A DNA stretch of 59,064 bases, counting the filler, from Asterionella formosa (Eukaryota): NCBI GenBank assembly GCA_002256025.1. It is 4 parts of 4 records of this genome, joined end to end, with 100 filler letters (N's around TTAATTAATTAA, not from the genome) between each part and the next. Parts side by side here need not be neighbours in the genome. Positions count along the whole stretch, not along the records: positions 44,390 to 59,064 come from NKIB01005839.1; 3 more parts are not named here. One strand, 5' to 3'. Of the stretch, positions 44,812 to 56,455 are shown one piece after another (within the stretch, counting starts at the first letter, position 1; each line of letters begins with the position of its first letter). The notes below the pieces were generated by a model. The model searched no databases. It saw only the letters and a program-made list of their open reading frames with translations, and was not told the origin of the DNA. A program made the position numbers and the translations under genes.

Positions 44812-47082
44812 ATGGAGCTGTTTCCAATGTGCTTTTCAGATTTGGAGCGAGCGGTCGACCTTCGCAGCAAAGAGTTGGACGACACACAAAAGAAGAGACC
44901 TCGTGACGACGCCTTTCACCAAATACAATTGGAATCAAGCTTCCTCTTGCTCAATCACACGCGTGCCAGATCAGATCACCACAATCATCGAACTGGACGA
45001 TGGAGCAATGATGAAGTTGCCCTTGTCGATGCTCTCGTTGCGGCCTTTGATTGCGGAGCACTCGCCATCCCGTACGGATTAAAGCTTAATGACTTTTTGG
45101 GAGATATGCTCTTGTGCAAGTCTTCAAGACTTACCAAAAAAATGAAGAACGCCAAGTTGAGTACCCGCAGTTATACCTTGGGACAACCGTCCGGGGGACA
45201 TGCCAATAGCGAGGTGTGCTCGACCGTGGCGTCCTTGCAGGAGAAATTTTTGCTCTCGCTCACGTCTGAACCTGTGCAGTTGGAACTGCGATTTAATATG
45301 CTAAAGTTGTGGCGAACACACTTTTCAAACCTTTGTTTGCAAGTGGGGTATGAATTGTTGGATGCACGACGTTGGTTGTCCAGCCTGGAAGACATGGAGG
45401 CACGTGCTGCCGATGCGGAAGACCATATCCGCAAGGCTCGTCGCAGGCGCTTGGGATCAGCATTGAGCAATGATGTCGGAAGTTTGGCCTCAACTGGAGT
45501 CTTCATTGGAGGAAGACCTGCCAAGGAGATCTCGCAACTTACTGCCATGACAGTCACTAAGGCATTTAATGGTCCATCCTCACTTACTATTATTTCCGAG
45601 CAATCAATGGATGCCAGGAAAATAGACAATATGGATGAAATGGAGTTGTTGGTCAATGTCTTGGGCGATTCCATGAGATCAAGATCAGGAAGTTTGGAGT
45701 GGCATGATCTTGAGGATTGCAGTCTTGGTGAGCAACTTGGCCATGTACTTCCGCAAATGAATGATGTTACGGAAACTTTAGGTGATTGTGGTCCCTTCCT
45801 TGACCAGATCATTAACTACATGGAGGCCGAAAAGGGGCCATTCGAACATGTCGATCTATGGGCGCCATCCTCTGTGGATGAAGAAGGTCCATCAAAACAA
45901 GGTGATGCCATACGCCTTTATAATGCAGGCCATGCCACTCGTTCTGACATTAATTCAACGTTGGCCTTCCAGTTGCATGAATATGGCATTTACAGCACCA
46001 ACTTTTCCTTTGCCCCTGGAGTTGGGCTCCCCGGGCGTGTCTTTACAAATGGGGAGCCCTCCTGGGAAACGAAAGTGAACGAAGAAGATCCATTCATTTT
46101 CGAGCGAGCTGGTGGTGCCAAAGTCTATGGGGTCAAGACTGCATTAGGCATTCCCTTGGAGTCACCAGAAGTTGGTCGCATGATCCTTGCTTTGTACTCC
46201 ACCAAAGAAATAGCTGCAGACCCAAAGTTGATCAAGAAGTATGTTTCTGCCTTTTCCAAGTGGATTCCGGATCCGAAATGGCATTTAGTAATTGGTTTGG
46301 GTATTGACTCCAATCATTCGAGTGCCAGTGATGGAACAGTATCTGCCGTTCAGGCTTTGTTGACAACAATTCCTCATGCATCTCATCCTCCATTGACCAA
46401 ACCTCCTGCTGCTCTTGTGAAGCAAGAAATGGCAGCCAATCAAAATAGGCATACACCACCATTGGTTCCAAAGTCTGAACCATCCGAAAAAGAATGGACG
46501 GTTCAGACCACCAGGCCCATGGTTTACGGGGGACAAGATGATGAAGAACAGCAGATTGCATCCCTCTTGGGTCAACATATGCCCATTTCCGACCATCCCT
46601 CACCTGGAGGAGTGGGACCCTCCTTGCTATCCCATTTTATAACCCTCCGGTTGCTGCTCCTCCGCTCATCAGATCGTCGCTCCAGCACCGAGCAGGAATT
46701 GTTGAAAACATTGGTCAAGTCCTTTAGGGGATATTCCAAGGACAATCGCCGAAGTGGATCAGAGCTGGCTGTGTTGTTGGCTAAGGACTGGATGTTTTTG
46801 GCAGCTGCTTATATGCCAGTTACACCGAGCCCCACTCAGTCTTTGCCAAGACAGACTATTCTTGAACAGCACCAATGTCACACGTTGACTGTCAACAACC
46901 CAATGAGTGCTACTGGACGTTTGCCATTTGCACCTCCTCTGTTGGGAAACTCTTTCTCCTCAACCAATTCAATGGATGCTTCATCAAGGATGATGAATCA
47001 CTATCATCACAATATCCAGCATCGTGAACGTCGAGTTTCTGATGCTGAAGCTCCACAAGCCAATCTGGTGGAGGAGTTGTGA
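44812..47082 (+). CDS. Putative transcription regulator: stramenopile Myb-like domain + GAF domain resembling the NIN-like protein (NLP) N-terminus
   Basis: First in-frame ATG at 44812; the start is uncertain because a gap lies just upstream. N-terminal RTGRWSNDEVALVDALVAAFDCG...LNDFLGDMLLCKSSRLTKKM; central FSFAPGVGLPGRVFTNGEPSW...FERAGGAKVYGVKTALGIPL GAF-like motif. Confidence 0.72.
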   Translation: MELFPMCFSDLERAVDLRSKELDDTQKKRPRDDAFHQIQLESSFLLLNHTRARSDHHNHRTGRWSNDEVALVDALVAAFDCGALAIPYGLKLNDFLGDMLLCKSSRLTKKMKNAKLSTRSYTLGQPSGGHANSEVCSTVASLQEKFLLSLTSEPVQLELRFNMLKLWRTHFSNLCLQVGYELLDARRWLSSLEDMEARAADAEDHIRKARRRRLGSALSNDVGSLASTGVFIGGRPAKEISQLTAMTVTKAFNGPSSLTIISEQSMDARKIDNMDEMELLVNVLGDSMRSRSGSLEWHDLEDCSLGEQLGHVLPQMNDVTETLGDCGPFLDQIINYMEAEKGPFEHVDLWAPSSVDEEGPSKQGDAIRLYNAGHATRSDINSTLAFQLHEYGIYSTNFSFAPGVGLPGRVFTNGEPSWETKVNEEDPFIFERAGGAKVYGVKTALGIPLESPEVGRMILALYSTKEIAADPKLIKKYVSAFSKWIPDPKWHLVIGLGIDSNHSSASDGTVSAVQALLTTIPHASHPPLTKPPAALVKQEMAANQNRHTPPLVPKSEPSEKEWTVQTTRPMVYGGQDDEEQQIASLLGQHMPISDHPSPGGVGPSLLSHFITLRLLLLRSSDRRSSTEQELLKTLVKSFRGYSKDNRRSGSELAVLLAKDWMFLAAAYMPVTPSPTQSLPRQTILEQHQCHTLTVNNPMSATGRLPFAPPLLGNSFSSTNSMDASSRMMNHYHHNIQHRERRVSDAEAPQANLVEEL

Positions 47083-48476
47083 GCACCCATCTCATTTTTA
47101 CAATTTTACAGATGATATTGTTTTCCAAACCTTCCGTCAAAATGAAAACTATTTCATCACATTTTCTTTACACCACCCCGAGCATGAGATTGGCCATGGT
47201 CGAATCATTGCTCTTTCTATTTTTGCCTACCATTTTGCTTCTAATTTTTGAATCAGTTTTGTGTGAAACATTCTTTGATTTCCATTTTCATTTTCATTTT
47301 CATGCGTTGATTCTTTCAAAGAATACAATTTAATTTTGACCACATCAAGTTTCATTGTGCATGAACCAAGTCCTTTATTTGGCTTGTTCATGTCTCCAAA
47401 TTCACAATATATTTTTCAAGTCATCTTTTCTCAGGTGATGTTGCCTCCAATAATTTTAAATAACGAAAATTTCTTAAAATACGGATTATATAAACCGCCA
47501 TCAAAATCAGTTACCAGTAATTTGCTCCCATGATTATTGCAGCACTTTGTCACTCAATTCGTGCACTATATGTGTATATTTTATATACATTTATATCCAT
47601 AAAATATGCTCTTTACTAGGGTAACACTGGCTACTACAGTATATGTACTCTGAGCATGATTCCAGCCATTGTAAATAAACCAAAGAAAAAGATGATGATG
47701 CATATGGAGCTAAACGTTATACTTTCATGTGCCAGTATGTAGTATCATCCTTTTATTTATACACGTTTCAAATAGTCGACGTGCTACGTAGGACAATCCT
47801 GAAAAAAATTGGTCTTTAGATTCGAAGGGTTAACTGTTAAATTTGTCCAAAACGTACAATATCCAATATATTATTTTTTTATAACAGGAGTCATTTTCAA
47901 AAATGAACGACATCTGTCTACGATTTACCGGGTATACAATCGCAAATTCGCTCTGTGCTAATAAGAAAGTCAAAGAATTACCAGATGTTCAGTGCTCCAG
48001 GTTACCTGGTTCAGGTGGTAGTAGCAGTACCAGTGTACCTACCGGCAGTACCGGTAGACCATTACCCATGACAGCATGGCATAACAAAATCAGAAATGTC
48101 GTTAGCTATTAATGTAGCTAAAGGGAGCCATGGTCATGGAACAGATGGTTGCCTTCTGATCGTGTTTATATACACATTCATATATGAATATGTACTGTAC
48201 ATAGGGATCCATGGTCATGATTTCGGATCATATGCAGTCATAATTTTACATTACTGCTGGATGGTGTACAAACCCAAGAAGTACGTACAGGTTGGTTTCC
48301 AAATAGGTTCGTTAGAACAGTAAAAACGATGTCTGGTCCAACCCAGTACCAACACTGCTTTAAATACCAATCCCATCAGCATGGAATAAAACAACAAGTG
48401 CCATTGGGATTCATGAAATTCTCCTCGTCCATTCTTTTCTCCTTATTTTACCACACATATTTACTTATTCGCCACC

Positions 48477-48881
48477 ATGTTCTTGCTCTTTATCACATCG
48501 GATAGTTCCAGCAAGGTCGCGTCGTCGCGTACCAACACCGTCACCAAATCAGAAGCTGATACTACGTCAACAAGAATGCTTGACAAGAACAATCATTGTA
48601 GGAGGACGAAACGGATATCGCCGATTCTACTTCATAACTCAAAGTTGCGAGATGAACGGACACTTTTACTAATAGCCTCAATCATTGCCGATGAACAAGA
48701 CTATATCCGTAAATCTCGTCGTTTGGCGATGGAAGCACTAACAATACAAGATTGGGACATATTCCATCAACAACATTGGCAACATCAGGAAGACACCACC
48801 ACCAGTCATGGTACTCCTACTACTTGTGCAACCTCGTCCTCGGACAACCGTCATAACAAAGTGAAACGTCATAGGAAATAG
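48477..48881 (+). CDS. Hypothetical small protein (134 aa)
   Basis: ATG in CCACCATG context and coding-like composition inside an AT-rich region; no recognisable domain. Confidence 0.4.
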   Translation: MFLLFITSDSSSKVASSRTNTVTKSEADTTSTRMLDKNNHCRRTKRISPILLHNSKLRDERTLLLIASIIADEQDYIRKSRRLAMEALTIQDWDIFHQQHWQHQEDTTTSHGTPTTCATSSSDNRHNKVKRHRK

Positions 48882-50048
48882 AACAAATCATGAGAAAGGA
48901 GGAGGATCCGAGGAAATATTTTGGGTAATGTGCAATTATGAAAACTGACTAGTGTGCCTTCCCCCCTGTTCTGTACATAAGGTAGTATTGAATACACGCA
49001 TCATTGGTCAGCCATGTATATACATAATGCAGTCAGTATTCTGGTGGTTCATCATGTGTGCCAATCATATTTTTGGCTGGAACCCCTTTGCTGGAATGAT
49101 GGTAATGCCACCAAAACGTCAATTTGGAAACATGTTTATAAATATGCACATTAAAAAAGGACATTTGGCAGGTATCACTGCTGCTATTTGTGTGGTCTTC
49201 AGAATTGAGTTGGGTGGAGTGAACTATCAAAGCAAACCCATAAATTGAAAAATAAAAAGAAATGATTGCAGCAGTGACTAAATGGAGGAAAGAGTAGAAA
49301 GTCTAGCTAGGAGAGGGAGGGAAGAACATGGTATAATTCTCCTTTGCATGAAATTTATGACTCCACAGTGAGCACATTCCACTCTTGGCAGCCCAGAAAA
49401 CAATTCAGATCATTTAAATTGTAAATAACAGCATCAAATTTGACAATGCGTTTCTCATTTCTTGTTCCTGGGCAAAGGTAGCAGGTTTAGTGATTAGGAA
49501 CCACGACCCCAAACGTAGCTAGTACTCATGGGTACCCCAAGGAACCTTTATACTGGGATATAGCTACCAGTATATAGATTCTTTTAGTAAGTGGGATGTT
49601 GATCCCATCCAATGTGCACACAATCAACTGATGATATGAGCAGACAACAATTTTCAAGTTTATGTTGCATGCTTCTTTCCCAGATTCTGCACTCTGCCAT
49701 CCTCAGGAACCCCATCCTCCACACCGGTTCACCATGGTACCAGCAGTAGCTAAACAATTGTCAGAATACCGGTACCGCTTTGTGTATATATAATATATAT
49801 CTATAAAGGAATATATCTCTATATATGTAAAAATACTGCGGCAAGAAAACATTTATTGACATGTCGGTACCACTGGTACTGGTAGCTACCGGGTGAGATA
49901 GTAAAGGTACCAGGTACCAGGTAGTAGTACATTTATTGACATGTTTGGTTGAGACGATTGTTCTGATATCAGGGGATTGGTGTATTGTGTGTTCATTTGG
50001 ATGAAGCAAGCAAATGAACAACATTCGACAGTAGACTATACAACAACC

Positions 50049-52988
50049 ATGATCATCGATCTCAAGGACGCCAACGATCCAATAAAGTGGTCATTATTTC
50101 CTCATTTTAAAATCCTCTCTGTGCATGCCAAAGAACCAACAGCGAAAAATTGCGTCCTTGATCCTCCTGGCTTGACAAGTGCTTTGTTGTCTGTTCTTCA
50201 AGCACGACAACCTACTAGTACTAGTACCAAAAGTACTAGTACTACTATCAACAGGACTAGTACTAGTACCAATGATTACTCGCACAAGGAACTCCTCCAG
50301 GAGTTACAAATCAGGATAAACACAAAGAGCTTGAATCATCCTGAAGGAACTAATACTACTCATACTACTCCATTATGGAATCAGCTTTGTATATCAAGTA
50401 ACACTATGGAAAATGATGACACACCATTCAATTTGTTTGAAACAACAACAACAGCAACAACAACAACAGCAGCAACTGGGAAATCATTTCTACTTCAAAT
50501 TATCATTACCAACAATAATGACACAGGCGAAGATGAGTTTTATACATTTTGTAAAACAGCATTCATGGTACATCATATATTTCGGTTGGATCAGAGTACA
50601 GCATCAAAAGAAACAATACTCATGGTATTGACAAACATTATGGAATCATTGACATTTGGTGATGCACTTGTGATACACTATGTTGGTACGTGTTTGGTAT
50701 CTACTTCAACCGTAGGACTACTTGTCATCATTAACAACAACTACAACTATTTGTGGTATGACATGCCATGCCATGCCATGCCACTCATTCTTACTCTCTC
50801 ACTCTTACTCTCAATACTACTATTGCTACTATTGCTACTATTGTTACTACACACCCATACGACAGGTAACACAACATTTGAGTATATAATCCAAACAAGT
50901 CCAACGACTGGAATTACTGAACTAGAATTGTGTCAGGTACTGTCAAAGGTACAACAACATGAACAAAATGTCACACTCATTTGGGATGCTGTGGTTGTGG
51001 GATTGCATGTGTTTTCATCCTTTTCCAACAGGCACGTATCATCATCAGTAATACTAGGTGACAATCATCATCAACACGAAACTCATTTTTCTTGGTCCAA
51101 GAATATATCCACACGACGATCCTTGTCATTTCTGAAACAAGAATCAATAACAAGACATACACAAGATTCTGTTGTAGACATGTTAATAAATGGATTTGTT
51201 ATGCAGTCGTTGCAAACAGAATCGATTCCAGCATTATGTGACATGAGTAACACCAACAATAATGACAAAGTGAGGGGATCTTGTAATGATGAGCCACATG
51301 TCAATGACAAAGTTACCTCATTATCTGGAGGGCATACCAATGTCAATAAAGTACCTACTGGTGTCGTGACTATACCACCACCACCACCAAAAATGAAGAA
51401 ACAAGTGTATCTATTCTCAACAAAATGTACAACGTTAGACCACAATACTATTCATGGGGAAGGCACTGCGAATATAAAGGTCGGATGTTTCACAAATGCA
51501 TTTATACATGTCATGAAAGAAGATCATACAAATGGGGAAATATCAACATTGGCATCCACATTACTTCGACTTGAAAAGGCTCTAGCGCGGTCATGTCCAA
51601 GCGCTCATGGTTCCATTATACCGCAAGTTACATCCTCTCAACCCATGGATTGTCATTGTCGATATCCTAGTAGACGAAATACCTTTCAAGGAACAAAACG
51701 TGCTCTACTCATTGGAATCAGTTACAGAGGCAGTTGGAGTCAGGAATTACTTAATGACAACGGCAACAAGAACAGCTGTCATCATGAAGATGTAGAGTCT
51801 GTGAAGAAATATTTGTTTGAGATGGAAGGCTATCTCGATCGAAATTGCATCAAATTGATGGATGATGACAAACATGAGGCACCAACAAAGGAAAATATTT
51901 TGGATGCTTTTGGACGTCTCGCTCGGCTGACTAATCCAGATGACACAATTTTCTTTTATTACTCTGGATATGGTGGAAATTTTGTGGGTGAGTGAGCATC
52001 CTATTTATATTGGGACTGTTTTATATTTTTTATTCTATGAATGGCAATACCATGTTTCTAATTTTATAAACGCACAATAGGTGGTGACAAGTATGACCAT
52101 CGATGTGACTCTATTTATCCTGTTGATGTTGAGACAGAGGGTGTCATCCGAGGTGATCAGATTCTCAAGCTATTGGTCAATGCCATGCCAGAAGGAATAA
52201 CCATGACGTGTCTGATAGATTACCCTCAGTCGGGTCGTGGCATGCTTCAGCTTCCCTTCCGAGTCACTGCCAGGGATGAGTCAATTCAATCCTACATTCG
52301 GGCAAATGTAGTTGTGCTGTCAGGTAGTGTGGCGAATCCTGACGACAATTCAAGAGAAAGAAATCAAACATTAGACTTTTTGAAAATTCTCGAAAATGAT
52401 CCAAATCCATCATGGATATCAGTTGTCGACCAATTAAATAACTTGTATGTTGAAACAAAAAGTCAACAGGTTCCCCATCTGTCATCCAGTCGAGTCATTG
52501 ATCTTTCCAATAAAGTGCAGTTCTCGCCCTTGCGTGCTGGAGCTTCGAAACGAGCATTATTTGTCGTTGGAAACAGACCATTCTGCCAAGAAAATGTCTA
52601 CACCCTGGAGCGATATTTGTTTGCCAATCACGGCTACACTAGGAATAATATGCAGGTGGTGCAGGATACTACGCAATTGCCGCTAGCACTGGACAATCTC
52701 GTCAAATCGACGCATGAAGGCGATATTTGTGTTTTGGGTGGTGAGTGGGGATGCGATCCCAAGCTGATTTGGGAATTGCTTATCCGAAAACTCCCAGAGG
52801 ATTCACACTTAATTTGCGTCATGGAAGAAGGAGTGCTAGCAGGGTTGCCATATTCCTACCGACCCTCAACCAATGTGGTACAGAGGCTTGCTTGGATGTC
52901 GTTCATGTCTGGGTTGAAAGAAGAAGCCGGTGAAGGTTCACATGGTTCACCAAAACAGCGTCGACCATCAATTATTCAAGCTATATAG
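50049..52988 (+). CDS. Multi-module metacaspase-like (peptidase C14 fold) protein, predicted inactive, 3 exons, about 888 aa
   Basis: Exons 50049-50685, 50866-51987, 52081-52988 with phase-1 GT..AG introns. KRALLIGISY, LMDDDKHEAPTKENIL, FFYYSGYGG, IYPVD, TCLIDYPQSG, LPF, VPHLSSSRVID, plus degenerate copies before and after. Confidence 0.8.
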
Positions 52989-53619
52989 ACGTTGCAACTA
53001 ACAATGCACGGCACATGTATACTATTTGGTTGGATTCATCGCATTGTTTGCAATCGTTTCCCAATCATTCCGAAAGTCATGAAGATATATACACATATTA
53101 TATATGAGATGCCCATCCCATTAGTAGTTCTCTATCAGTATTTGCGACAGAACGAAACAAGACGTACAAAAAAAGGGGGGGGGGAAGGCATCACGCGGAA
53201 TGGCACTGGTTCAAAATATAGAAAAAATGGGACACCAAGATTGCATCGCTGTTGTCCCAATTGTTGGGAATCAAAGAAGAGAAAGGACCAAACTGAGCAA
53301 TCGGAGTTTGTAGTCCCAGCAGCGTTCTCCCAGTGGTTGGGGTAGATAGGAAAATGATGTCCCTACATAGCTACAACAAACGTCGCGACGGATGGTTGGT
53401 TGCCGATTCGGATGAGGTCTTGCTGCTCTATATTTGTTGGCAAATTTGACTGTGAATGACTACGGGGGTTCAAAACTGCAGTAAAGAAGTAAATATTGCC
53501 TTTTGTGTTTATTAAATCATAGATTCAACCAATTATAACCAATTGTTCTCAGTAATACTGCTGAAACAGTAGACTGTAGTATTTATAAAGTTTTCTTGAC
53601 ATAGATAGATATCTGTGTA

Positions 53620-54879
53620 TCATCCTCCAATCAATGTCATTGGTCGATTATCATTGGCTTTTACAATTCCCTCTGCTGTCCCATGTCCTCCCAAAACTGC
53701 ATGTTTCTTTTGGATAGCATAATGAATCAGTGGTTCAAGACTTAGTCCACGTCGTAAGGCATCACGTAAACTAACTTCACTTGATCCAAATAAACATACT
53801 TTAAGCTGTCCATCGGCAGTGATACGTAGTCGATTGCACGAACCACAAAAATGTTCCGACATGCTAGTAATAAAACCAACACGACCAGTAGCAGATGTTG
53901 CAGAATCCTCTTCTCTTGTTGTACTCCACCATTTGGTTGTATCGTTTGGGTCCGATGGTACCAGGGAGCGTAGTCCTGGCAATTGTTGTTGCAATGTATC
54001 CACCATGGTCTTGTAGGAAACAAATCTCTCCCGATTCCATCCATTGTCATGAAATGGCATCCATTCAATAAATCGTACATCAACCCCCATGGGTGTAAAT
54101 GTAGTGACAAATTCCATCAATTCATCATCATTGAATCCATTCATAACAACACAATTGATTTTCACTTTCAAGTGTGTTTGTGTCGCCGCCAATTCAATAG
54201 CCTTTAATACCTTTTCTAGTCCTGGTCGTCGTGTAATTTCAATAAATCGATCATGTTGTAATGTATCTAATGATATATTGACATGTGACAATCCAGCCTC
54301 CATCAATGGTTCCAATTGTCGTACCAACGTGAGACCATTTGTTGTCATACCAATGTGTTTGGTAGATAGTCCTCGGACTAAATCTACAATATCTGGTCGT
54401 ACCATTGGTTCACCTCCAGTAAGACGAATTTTAGTAACACCGTGTGTCACAAATACTTGAGCAATGTGCAATAGTTCGTCTGTGGATAATAAATTCGACT
54501 TGGGACTTAATGGTACCCCCTCAGGTGGCATGCAATATTGACATCGTAAGTTGCAACGTTCAGAGACTGACAATCGTAAATAGGTATGATGACGATTGTG
54601 TGTGTCTGTCAATAATTGTTGTTGTTGTTTTAGTTGTTCCTGCTGTGATGGAATAGGTGGAAGTTGATTGTAAATGTCATCCAATGAGAATGATGATTTT
54701 GTTTTCGTGGTCTTGTTGAGAAAATGGTTGACAGGATCCATTGAAGTATCCATGGCAAGTTGATTTCGCAATGTTTGCAGTCGACTTGTGGATAACCAGC
54801 GTTGTGCGGGTAGTTGTAGTTGTTGGTTGTGATGGCATAGTATGGACGACCCTGTTTTGGAAACGCGAGCAAACATCAT
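53620..54879 (-). CDS. CNX2: GTP 3',8-cyclase, molybdenum cofactor biosynthesis protein (MoaA/CNX2/MOCS1A) with mitochondrial-type presequence
   Basis: YLRLSVSERCNLRCQYCMP (radical SAM CxxxCxxC), KIRLTGGEP, RFIEWMPF, FCGSCNRLRITADGQLKVCLF, C-terminal RPMTLIGG. First ATG at 54879. Confidence 0.95.
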   Translation of the reverse strand: MMFARVSKTGSSILCHHNQQLQLPAQRWLSTSRLQTLRNQLAMDTSMDPVNHFLNKTTKTKSSFSLDDIYNQLPPIPSQQEQLKQQQQLLTDTHNRHHTYLRLSVSERCNLRCQYCMPPEGVPLSPKSNLLSTDELLHIAQVFVTHGVTKIRLTGGEPMVRPDIVDLVRGLSTKHIGMTTNGLTLVRQLEPLMEAGLSHVNISLDTLQHDRFIEITRRPGLEKVLKAIELAATQTHLKVKINCVVMNGFNDDELMEFVTTFTPMGVDVRFIEWMPFHDNGWNRERFVSYKTMVDTLQQQLPGLRSLVPSDPNDTTKWWSTTREEDSATSATGRVGFITSMSEHFCGSCNRLRITADGQLKVCLFGSSEVSLRDALRRGLSLEPLIHYAIQKKHAVLGGHGTAEGIVKANDNRPMTLIGG

Positions 54880-55489
54880 GGTATTGCGTTTCAATTCAAT
54901 TCAATTCTGTTCTGTCCTCCCTTGTTTGATGGATGGGGCTGAAGGATAAGGAAGGCAAAATGCTGGTATATATAATTGATTGAATTTGTTCAATACAACC
55001 CTTTGCTAGCATGTAACGGTTTATATATGTAGGTATATACAACAACAATAGAAAGTAAGACTATTGTTCTTTGGGTTGCATCCCACTCATCTACTGAATT
55101 CCAAATCAAGACGTGGTGCGTACTGTAATAGAAAACTGTGGCGCTCACAAAAAATTAAGAGGAAAGAAACTCAAGAAATTAGTACCGGTACCGGTAGTAG
55201 TGTCATACAAATACCGGTATATACAAGTATTTCATATATCCATAAGTAGGAGTATCACCATCATGAGAGCCATGCGGCTGATCATCCGTGGAAATATTCG
55301 AGTGGTATGTCATTTATTTACAAACAACATTTCATTTGCTTCCAAGAAGTGCTGCTTCTCCTTGTGTTGTTCCGAACATCCTGCTGCCTCCTGTGATGAA
55401 TGAATCAAGTGCAAATACCAGTGTCGCTATGTACTCCTAAAAATACCGGTAGACCCCTACTCCTACATGATTGGTCACCAACATAGCAC

Positions 55490-55497
55490 TGACGTCA
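55490..55497. promoter_or_regulatory. Palindromic bZIP/aureochrome-type site TGACGTCA upstream of CNX2 (another at 4966-4973)
   Basis: Exact palindrome about 610 bp upstream of the CNX2 ATG; function not shown. Confidence 0.2.
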
Positions 55498-56455
55498 GCA
55501 CGAAGAAACTCCGGCATTTTCATGCCACAACGATACCAGCATGATACTACAGGTACTTGCTTCTTGCTCCCGGTCGTCGGCGTATTCGTACCAGTACAGT
55601 AGCTACTACGTACCGGTAAATGGACTACATGGTGATTCTACCGGTAACAAACCAGGAGTACTAGTACCTCTTAGTACCAGTTACCCGAAATCAAGGATTA
55701 GGAGTGGAGTATCAATCATTCGTAAAATACTGCATACATAAAACAATAGTGAAACGAGCACTTCAAAAACCGAACACTCCTTGCAACACATGAGGACTGA
55801 TGGCTGAATTCTTCCAAACAAATGTATCACCCGCCGGCCGTGCCTGGTACACCTCCTACAGGTACCAAGCTGGGACTACATATAGATACTGAACTAACCT
55901 TCTGAGCAGTGCGATATGAAATTATCGGTCCTGGTAGTTCCCATTAGTATATATATACATGAATAATATATATAAAGGAATTTGCAAATTCTCCAACATC
56001 CAAATTGTACGTATTAGTTGCCGATTGACATTTGTTACAGGCAGCATGGTACGTTCGTATAGCAGTATTGTTGTGTGCGACATCGTCAGTTATGAAGACA
56101 GTACTGGTATTCATACCGGTAGCTGGAACTATAACAAGGAGTTCAAAAAGTGACGGTATTCACTCGTGTCCTTGCTTTTATGGATGTGCATATAGCTACG
56201 GGTACATGAGCGTTTCATCTTTCTTGGAGGACACACAAATGAATGTGAAGTATTGTGATTCATGATGCAAAACAGTTCAAGTTATTGTATGAAATGATTT
56301 AATAATTAGAAAAGTTAAAAGACCCAATTGCAACAAAAGGAATCCCCTGACAATGAAAGCAATTGTAAATCTCCTACATTGCTTTAGGTGATGGTAATAA
56401 TAATAGCAAAGATTGTTCCCTCACTAACTGCACCTGTGACTGCACCCATGTTCGT

